This document shows positions 57,173-64,000 of a DNA stretch of 64,000 bases, in pieces. The notes below the pieces were generated by a model, which saw only the letters and a list, made by a program, of their open reading frames with translations, was not told the origin of the DNA and did no database searches. The position numbers were made by a program, and so were the translations under genes. Origin of the DNA: Myxococcota bacterium (GTDB lineage: Bacteria; Myxococcota_A; UBA796; UBA2385); assembly GCA_044344255.1 (NCBI GenBank), contig JBIJDH010000015.1, positions 1 to 64,000 on the forward strand, given 5' to 3'. The stretch's first letter is position 1, and each line of letters starts with the position of its first letter.

Positions 57173-58423
57173 ATGCGCATCGACCACCGCCCCCTGCGAC
57201 CCTCCTTCTCCCTCATTGGCTCCTTCATTGGCCTCCTCCTCGGGACCACCGCCCTCGCTGTCCCCAGCCGCGCCTTGGCCCACGAAGAAGATGAAGACGA
57301 CACCGCCATCGGCGAGAGCTCCGTGCTGGCGCAGATGCCGCTCTCGCTCGCCCAGGAGTCTTTCCCGCCAGCCGGCGCGGCCTACCCGGAGGGCGTGGGC
57401 GTGGTCGGCAGCCGGGTGATCGTGTCTGGGCCCGCCACCTTCGGCACCGCAGGAAACGGCACCCCCTCACAGCTCACGGTCTTCGACAAGGAGGACGGGG
57501 CCCTGCTCGCCCAGATCCCGGTGCAGGGGGAGCTCACCGAATTCGAGCACGCGCTGTCCGAGATCGCGGTCTTTAAGAAGCGGGTTTATGCCTCGAGCAC
57601 CCAGCTCGGGGTCCTGTCCTGGGACTTCTCGAAGAAGGCGGGCACGCCTGCGCAGGTGAGCGTCTCGACCCCCTTTTGCTCGGTGACGGGCCCCTTCCCT
57701 TGCCACTACGAGGCCCAGGCGGGCGACGCGGCCTGTTCGGCCGACATCCGCCCCGGCCTCCCGCCCCTGCCCAACGGCATTGACGTTGACTCGCAGGGCG
57801 ACATCTACGTCACCGACTCACTGCAGGGGATCGTCTGGCACATCGACGGTGGGGCGACTCAGCCGGCCGTCGCGCGGCCCCTCGTCTGCAGCCGCGCGCT
57901 GCAGGGCGCCGGGGAGGAGGGGCTCTCCCTCTTCGGGGCCAACGGCGTGGCTGTGGTGGGCGACGACCTCTACATCGGCGTGACCTTCGGCCCGCTCGAC
58001 GCCCACTTCGTGCCCACGAGCTCGATCTACCGCTTCCCCAAGGAGGGCGGCACGGCGGCCGACCTCGAGCTCGTCTACAGCTTCGCTCCGGTAGAGGTCG
58101 CGCCCGGCGTCTACGTTCCGCCGATCGCCGACGGCCTCGCCTACGACCGCGACACCGAGCAGCTCTACGTGGTGCTCGGCGGCCAGAACGCCGTGGCGGA
58201 GCTCGACCTCGCCGGCGACACGGTCGTGGAGGTGGCGCGCTTCACCCGGGAGAGCGGGCCGCTGCCCTTCTTGAACCCCTCGACCCTGGCCCTCGACGAG
58301 GACGGCCGCGCCTTCGTGACCAACCACGCGATCACGGCCTGCCTGCCCGGGAGCCCGGACCCCACCTGCGCCCGGTTTGACGCGGCGGCGCACTTCGGCG
58401 TGCTCCGCTTGCAGCTCCCTTGA
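57173..58423 (+). CDS. Secreted SMP-30/gluconolactonase-like beta-propeller protein
   Basis: Signal peptide; YPEG, PNGIDVDSQGDIYVTDS, GANGV, ADGL, NPST blade motifs. Confidence 0.8.
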   Translation: MRIDHRPLRPSFSLIGSFIGLLLGTTALAVPSRALAHEEDEDDTAIGESSVLAQMPLSLAQESFPPAGAAYPEGVGVVGSRVIVSGPATFGTAGNGTPSQLTVFDKEDGALLAQIPVQGELTEFEHALSEIAVFKKRVYASSTQLGVLSWDFSKKAGTPAQVSVSTPFCSVTGPFPCHYEAQAGDAACSADIRPGLPPLPNGIDVDSQGDIYVTDSLQGIVWHIDGGATQPAVARPLVCSRALQGAGEEGLSLFGANGVAVVGDDLYIGVTFGPLDAHFVPTSSIYRFPKEGGTAADLELVYSFAPVEVAPGVYVPPIADGLAYDRDTEQLYVVLGGQNAVAELDLAGDTVVEVARFTRESGPLPFLNPSTLALDEDGRAFVTNHAITACLPGSPDPTCARFDAAAHFGVLRLQLP

Positions 58424-58526
58424 GCCGCCCGACGAAGGGATCGGCAGGGGCGGTAACCGCGGGGCGGGGTGGGGCGTAAGGAGTGCGTGGGCGGCCGGCT
58501 CTTCGTCGCCCCACCCCGAGGCCTTG

Positions 58527-59195
58527 ATGCGCGCACTCTCCCTCCCTGTCTTGTTCACCGCTCTTGTCTTCAGCGCTTGTGCGGCGAGCGCCCCGAGCCA
58601 GGCCGCCGACCGCAGCCCAGCGCCCCTCCCGGCGGTCGGGCCCGGACAGGCGGCGGCGGTCTTCGCGGGCGGCTGCTTCTGGTGTATGGAGTCCGACTTC
58701 GACAAGATGCCGGGCGTCGTGGCCACTACCTCTGGATATGCAGGTGGAAAGCTCAAGAACCCGACCTACGAGGACGTGACCAGCGAGACGAGCGGCCACC
58801 TCGAGGCGGTGCGCGTGGTCTGGGACACGAAGGTGACCACCTACGGCGCTGTGCTCGACTGGTATTGGCACCACGTCGATCCCACCGATCGCGGCGGCCA
58901 GTTCTGCGATCGCGGCGACTCCTATCGCCCCGCCGTCTTCTACTCGGATGACCAACAGAAGACCTTGGTCGAGGCCTCCAAGGCGGCGATCGAACGGTCG
59001 GGTGTCCTGTCGAAGCCCGTGGTCGCCGACATCCTCCCCCTCGCCGACAATTTCTGGCCCGCCGAGGTCTATCACCAGGACTTCCACCTCCTCAACAGCG
59101 CCCACTACCAGCGTTATCGAACGGGCTGCGGCCGCGACGCTCGGGTGAAGAAGGTGTGGGGGGCCGCCCTGCCTCAGTCGCCGCCCGCACCCTGA
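58527..59195 (+). CDS. msrA: Peptide-methionine (S)-S-oxide reductase, with lipoprotein-type signal
   Basis: FAGGCFWCME, SGYAGG, GHLEAV, GQFCDRGDSY, AEVYHQD. Confidence 0.96.
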   Translation: MRALSLPVLFTALVFSACAASAPSQAADRSPAPLPAVGPGQAAAVFAGGCFWCMESDFDKMPGVVATTSGYAGGKLKNPTYEDVTSETSGHLEAVRVVWDTKVTTYGAVLDWYWHHVDPTDRGGQFCDRGDSYRPAVFYSDDQQKTLVEASKAAIERSGVLSKPVVADILPLADNFWPAEVYHQDFHLLNSAHYQRYRTGCGRDARVKKVWGAALPQSPPAP

Positions 59196-60256
59196 GGGGT
59201 GGCGCCCTTGGGCACGGCCGGGCTCGGCGCCGCCGGCTTGGGAGTGCCAGCGGGGGCCCCAGCGGGGCCGGGAGCGCCGGCGGGGGCGGCTCCGTCGGGA
59301 CCGCCGCCGGGCGGCGGGTCGGTCGGCTTCGGCGGCGGGGGGGGCTCCGGCACCTTGGCCGCGAGGGTGATGTCGATGCCGTTGAGCTCGACCTGCCCCA
59401 CCTCCACCGGCGCGGCGGGGGAGCCGACGGGGTCACCGAGGGTGGGGCCGTCTCCCTTGGCGTCGATGAAGGCGTCGATGAACAGCGGGCCGAAGCCGGC
59501 CGGCACGTCGATGGTGTAGGGGCCGGCCGAGCGCTTGATCTTGCCGAGCCGGAGGCGGCCGCCCTGGGCGCCGGGGTCGGGGCGGTAGAGGTCGATGTCG
59601 ATCACGGCGGTGGGATCGGTCCAGACGATGGTGCCGCCCACCTTCACGCGCGGCCCCTCGACCGCCGCGAAGGGATCGGGCCCGGAGCCGCCTCCGCTGC
59701 CGCCGCCGCCGGGGGCGCCTGCGGGCATGTCCTGGTGGACGGGGCCGCCGCTGCCGCGCGCGCCGGCGGCCAGCACCATCCGGACGCCGGGGAGATCGTC
59801 GGCGCCCACGCTGACGTTGACCTGGGCGAAAGGATCTTGACCGCCCGGACCGTCCCCTTCGAGATCCTGGAAGGCCTGGAGCTCGAGGGGGCCCAGCGAC
59901 CGGGGCACCTGCAGCTCGAAGGGGCCGGGGCCGTCGAGGAGCAGCTTGCCGTGGCCCTTCACGCCGCCGGGTTGGGTCGGATCGGGGGTGCGGACGTCGA
60001 GGTCAATGCTGCCCTGGGAGGGTGACTCCACCGTCCCCGACACCTTCACCCGCTCGCCGGCCATGCCGTGAAAGGGGGTGGCGTCGCCGCTGCCCTCGGT
60101 GGGGCTGCCGGAGGCCTCCTCGACCGCGGCGTAGAAGCGTGGATCGAGCGGAACATCCTCCCCCGTGACCCGCTCGAGCCAGCAGCCGGAGGCGGTGACC
60201 ACGAGGGGGAGGAGGAGCGCGCGGGCGACCGACGGCGCAGGGGCGAGGATGAGCAT
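59174..60256 (-). CDS. Hypothetical lipoprotein with an internally duplicated beta domain
   Basis: VVTASGC lipobox; two homologous ~90-aa units; Pro-rich tail. Confidence 0.7.
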   Translation of the reverse strand: MLILAPAPSVARALLLPLVVTASGCWLERVTGEDVPLDPRFYAAVEEASGSPTEGSGDATPFHGMAGERVKVSGTVESPSQGSIDLDVRTPDPTQPGGVKGHGKLLLDGPGPFELQVPRSLGPLELQAFQDLEGDGPGGQDPFAQVNVSVGADDLPGVRMVLAAGARGSGGPVHQDMPAGAPGGGGSGGGSGPDPFAAVEGPRVKVGGTIVWTDPTAVIDIDLYRPDPGAQGGRLRLGKIKRSAGPYTIDVPAGFGPLFIDAFIDAKGDGPTLGDPVGSPAAPVEVGQVELNGIDITLAAKVPEPPPPPKPTDPPPGGGPDGAAPAGAPGPAGAPAGTPKPAAPSPAVPKGATPQGAGGD

Positions 60257-60390
60257 GGCGGACAGTCTATCGCAGGGAGCCGCGGCGGCGGGGCGCAGGA
60301 GCGGGACGGCGCGGGGCTTCCCACGGCCCACCGCTCGCGGTAGACAGACGGCCTCTTGACCTTCGCGCCCGCCCCTCCCGGAGTGAACAG

Positions 60391-62391
60391 ATGATCCCGA
60401 GCCTCCCCCAGCAGGACCCCTCTGGCCGCGCCCTCCGTCATCGGCAGCTCGCGGAGGCCCAGCAGGCCTACGTGTGGAACCACACGAGCCGGGTGGCCCC
60501 CCTCGGCATCACGCAGTCCCTCCCCCAAGGGCAAAAGTTCCCGCCCCGGATGCTCGGCGGCGCCGCGACCGTGGTGCTCGAGCTCGTGGACAATGTGCTC
60601 GACAAGCTCTCCCGGGTCTTGTCTCCGGGCGGCGCGGCCCTGGTGGGCGAGAGCATCGCGGTCGCCGAGCTCGGCGCGGTGGAGGCCCTCGTCGTCCAGC
60701 TCCTCGAGCACCGAAGGTTGCTCGGTCGCATCGTCGAGTCCCACCTCCCCGGACACCCGAAGTCGGAGCGAACGGGCCTCGTCGAGCGGGTGGAGGACCG
60801 CCTCGAGCGCGTCGTGGAGCGGATGAGCGAGGTCCTGCACGGGGGGCGCGCGGCGGATGCGCCCGAAGAGCCCGAGCAGGACCCTCTCTCTCATATCGAG
60901 CTCGTGCTGAAGACCCTGCTCGGCGCGGCGGCCAAGGGCCTGTTGCAGGCGGCGGGGCTCTTCGGCCCTGCGGGCTCGCTCTATTCGTACGTGCGCCTGT
61001 TCTCGATCATCCGTACACCGGACATCGCCAGCACCTTTGAGGATGACCTCGAGTTCGCGCGCCTCCGCCTGGCCGGCGCGAACCCGATGGTGATCGGCGC
61101 GGTGGGCAGCCTCCCCGCGGCCTTCCCGGTCACGGACGCCCAGCTCCAGGCGATCAACGGCCCCGAAGACAGCCTCGAGCGGGCGGGGCGGGAGGGGCGG
61201 CTCTTCCTCTGTGACTACTCGATGCTGGCCGACGTGCCGCTCAGCACCTTCCCGGATGGCCAGAAGTACATGAGCGCGGCCTTCGCCCTCTTCTCCACGC
61301 CGCCCGCCGGACAGGCCGATCGCCGGCTCCGCCCCGTGGCGATCCAGCTCGGTCAGGTGCCCAACCGCAGCACGCCGGTGATCGTCCCGGGCGACCCCGC
61401 CTGGCCGCTGGCCAAGCTGCACGTGCAGGTGGCGGACGGCAACCACCACGAGATGATCAGCCACCTCGGGCGTACGCACCTCTTGATCGAGGCCTTCGCG
61501 ATGGTCACCCATCGCCAGCTGGCCCCTGAGCACCCCCTCCATGTGCTGTTGATGCCGCACTTCGAGGGCACCCTGGCGATCAACTCCGCCGCCGAGTCGA
61601 CCCTCATCGCCCCGGGGGGCTTCGTCGATCGCCTGCTCGCCGGAACCATCGCCGGCACGACCGCGCTGGCGGTGGACTGCCTCACCGGGCTCGACGTGCC
61701 GAGCGCGGCCTTCCCGGCGGACATCGCGGCCCGCGGCCTCGCCGACAAGTCGGCGCTCCCCGATTATCCCTATCGGGATGACGGTCAGCTCCTCTGGGGG
61801 GCGCTCTCCGAATGGGTGCGCGATTACCTGTCGGTCTATTACAGCGCCGACGAGGACATCGCAGGTGACACCGAGCTGGCGGCCTGGGTGGCGGAGCTCG
61901 GCAGCCCCGGGGGCGCTGGGCTGCAGGGCCTCGATCGGGGCGGTCGGATGGGCACCTTCGACGGCCTCGTCGAGACGGTCACCCAGGTCATCTTCACGGC
62001 CAGCGTCCAGCACGCCGCGGTGAACTTCCCCCAGAGCACCCTGATGAGCTTCCTCCCGGCCTATCCACTGGCGGCCTACGCGCCGGCGCCCACCTCTACC
62101 GACCAGGACGGAGAGGGGGCGGCGAGGCTCGCGCACCTCGCGCCGCTCCAGGACGCCTTCGCCCAGCAGCTCTTGCTCCGGCTGCTCGGCGGCGTCTTCT
62201 ACACGCGGCTCGGGGACTACGATCGGTACGTGGTCGAGCCCACCTTCGCCGATCCGCGGGTGGCGCCGCTGCTCTCCCACCTCCAGGATCAGCTTCGCCG
62301 GGTGGAGGCGGTGATCGGCCGGCGAAACCTGCACCGGACGCCCTACACCACCCTCCTCCCCACAGCGGTGCCCCAGAGCATCAATATTTGA
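60391..62391 (+). CDS. Lipoxygenase
   Basis: FARLRLAGANP, WPLAKLHVQVAD, HEMISHLGRTH, YPYRDDG, QHAAVNF, C-terminal SINI. Confidence 0.96.
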   Translation: MIPSLPQQDPSGRALRHRQLAEAQQAYVWNHTSRVAPLGITQSLPQGQKFPPRMLGGAATVVLELVDNVLDKLSRVLSPGGAALVGESIAVAELGAVEALVVQLLEHRRLLGRIVESHLPGHPKSERTGLVERVEDRLERVVERMSEVLHGGRAADAPEEPEQDPLSHIELVLKTLLGAAAKGLLQAAGLFGPAGSLYSYVRLFSIIRTPDIASTFEDDLEFARLRLAGANPMVIGAVGSLPAAFPVTDAQLQAINGPEDSLERAGREGRLFLCDYSMLADVPLSTFPDGQKYMSAAFALFSTPPAGQADRRLRPVAIQLGQVPNRSTPVIVPGDPAWPLAKLHVQVADGNHHEMISHLGRTHLLIEAFAMVTHRQLAPEHPLHVLLMPHFEGTLAINSAAESTLIAPGGFVDRLLAGTIAGTTALAVDCLTGLDVPSAAFPADIAARGLADKSALPDYPYRDDGQLLWGALSEWVRDYLSVYYSADEDIAGDTELAAWVAELGSPGGAGLQGLDRGGRMGTFDGLVETVTQVIFTASVQHAAVNFPQSTLMSFLPAYPLAAYAPAPTSTDQDGEGAARLAHLAPLQDAFAQQLLLRLLGGVFYTRLGDYDRYVVEPTFADPRVAPLLSHLQDQLRRVEAVIGRRNLHRTPYTTLLPTAVPQSINI

Positions 62392-62441
62392 GGGGACAGG
62401 TCTTGAGGGAATAGGGATTTGAGGGGATAGGGCACTGGAGC

Positions 62442-64000
62442 TCAGGGGCGATGCACCCCGATCTCCACCTCCACCCGCCAGGTGCCTGCCTCGGTGAGGA
62501 TCCAGGCCGCGTCGACCCCTTCGGCGACGATGGCCTTCGGGCGGGGCGGGTTCGGGCCGGGGAGGTGGACGGAGCCCTGCTCCCCGGAGGCCGTCACCCG
62601 CCCGACCGTGCCGTCCTCGGCGGCGAACCAGCAGCCCCCCGCGCCGTCGTCGGCCACGGCGGGCACCTCGACCCCGGCGTCACTCTTGCCGAGGCTGTCC
62701 TCCACCTCGCCGTCCCGTGGGCCGCCGACGATGAGCCGCTCGAGGCCCTCGGTGGTGCCGAGCCAGACGGCGCCCTCGACGGGGGCGAGGTCGAGGGCGG
62801 GGTGGGCGCGGAGGTAGGGGCGGGCGCCCCCGGCGACCACCTGAAAGACGAGGCGGCGGCTGATCGCCCACAGGCCGAGCCCGCCCGCGCGGACGCGGGT
62901 GACGTCGTCGAGGTTGGCCCCGGGGAGGAAGCGGTCGCCGTCGGGATCGTAGAACCAGAGGCCGTCGTCGCCGCCCACCCACAGCCGGCCGCCCGACTCG
63001 GCCGCCGTCCAGACGGTGCTCGGCAGCGCGACCTGGTGGAGGTGGCCCTTCCGGTCGAGGCGGATGGCCCGGCGCCCGAGGGCCCAGAGGGAGCCATCGG
63101 CGTCCTCCTGGAGGGCGTGGACCTCGGCGCCGGCGGCCACCACGAGGTTGGCGGCCCAGCGGTGCGGCGCACCGATCGAGCGCACCCCCTCGGCGCCGGC
63201 GAGGAAGGCGCCCTTCGGGGTGAGCCAGAGGGCCTCGGCGTGGGTCGCGGCCGGCCAGGGGCTGAGCGGGTAGAGGCGGACGGCCCGGGGGCGGACGCGG
63301 CGGCCGGGCTCTCGCGGTGCGGCGGGATCGGGGAGGAGGACCAGGGCCGCGCCGTCGTCGCCGGCCACCCAGAGGCCGCCGCCGGGCTCGGCCGCCACGC
63401 TCCAGATCGAGCTCCCCGGCATCCCGTCGACCTCGCCCCACGGGGTGCGATCGGGGCCGAGCAGGCCGTAGGCGCCGGAGGCCACATAGAGCCCGCCGCC
63501 CTGCGCGGCGACGCTGTACGCGGCGGCGCGGGGATAGTCGGGGGCCGCGATCGGCGCCCCCTCGCCGCTGACGGTGAAGAGGCCGCTCTTCTGGCCGGCC
63601 AGCCAGACGGTGTCTCCGCCGTCGAGCAGCCCGTAGACGTTGTCTTCGGCGAGCCAGCCGGGCCCGGGCTCTGGCTCGGGCTCTGGGGCCGCCGGCCCAA
63701 GGACCGGCTTGGTGACGGGCGGGGCGTCCTTGGGGATGCGCTGGACCCCTTGGTAGCCCACCCAGAGCTGGCCATTGAGGGCCTGGCTGAGCGAGAAGAC
63801 CGACCAGGGCGCGAGGATGGCCTCGATCTGCCCCCCGGTGACACGGTCAAGGCCGTGGAAGGTGCCGAGCCAGAGCCGCGGCCCGTCCAGCAGCACCGAC
63901 TGGACGTAAGGGTCAGACAGGGCGTCGTCCCAGACGCGCACGACCCTGCCGCCTTCGAGCAGCGCGGCGCCGCGAGCCGTCCCGACGAGGACCCTCTGCC
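62442..64000 (-). CDS. Beta-propeller repeat protein (two-component regulator propeller-like), 5' end outside the window
   Basis: Repeated LWLGT/LWVG/VWLAG/LWVAG blades; the frame is open to the window edge. Confidence 0.75.
   Translation of the reverse strand, partial: QRVLVGTARGAALLEGGRVVRVWDDALSDPYVQSVLLDGPRLWLGTFHGLDRVTGGQIEAILAPWSVFSLSQALNGQLWVGYQGVQRIPKDAPPVTKPVLGPAAPEPEPEPGPGWLAEDNVYGLLDGGDTVWLAGQKSGLFTVSGEGAPIAAPDYPRAAAYSVAAQGGGLYVASGAYGLLGPDRTPWGEVDGMPGSSIWSVAAEPGGGLWVAGDDGAALVLLPDPAAPREPGRRVRPRAVRLYPLSPWPAATHAEALWLTPKGAFLAGAEGVRSIGAPHRWAANLVVAAGAEVHALQEDADGSLWALGRRAIRLDRKGHLHQVALPSTVWTAAESGGRLWVGGDDGLWFYDPDGDRFLPGANLDDVTRVRAGGLGLWAISRRLVFQVVAGGARPYLRAHPALDLAPVEGAVWLGTTEGLERLIVGGPRDGEVEDSLGKSDAGVEVPAVADDGAGGCWFAAEDGTVGRVTASGEQGSVHLPGPNPPRPKAIVAEGVDAAWILTEAGTWRVEVEIGVHRP

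Overview
A gene-dense, very GC-rich bacterial chromosome segment with about 50 protein-coding genes. The gene content suggests a myxobacterium-like organism (Myxococcota); this is an inference from the mevalonate operon, lipoxygenase, FHA/TPR/PEGA proteins and lipoproteins with acidic linkers. I found no rRNA, tRNA, CRISPR array, transposase or integrase. Recognisable genes include panB, a translationally coupled mevalonate operon (HMG-CoA reductase, mevalonate kinase, diphosphomevalonate decarboxylase, phosphomevalonate kinase, type-2 IDI), uvrC, xseA, a YcaQ-like glycosylase, glutamate-cysteine ligase, a leuB-like dehydrogenase, a thiolase, an OPT transporter, msrA and a lipoxygenase. The most interesting signals are five. 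(1) A co-oriented run (22.4-29.6 kb) encoding a double-FHA/TPR membrane protein, a HEAT-repeat lipoprotein, a phage-tail-fibre-like protein with no signal peptide and a degenerate chaperone cleavage motif, an AAA+ ATPase and an apparently dead trypsin-like lipoprotein. (2) A 1017-aa STAND/NLR-like protein with degenerate Walker A/B motifs. (3) A YcaQ-like gene whose conserved N-terminus has no ATG/GTG/TTG and is in frame with the upstream TAG. (4) An imperfect inverted repeat of at least 126 bp in low-GC DNA at the left edge. (5) A membrane pseudokinase. All family calls come from motif recognition by eye; no database searches were run.
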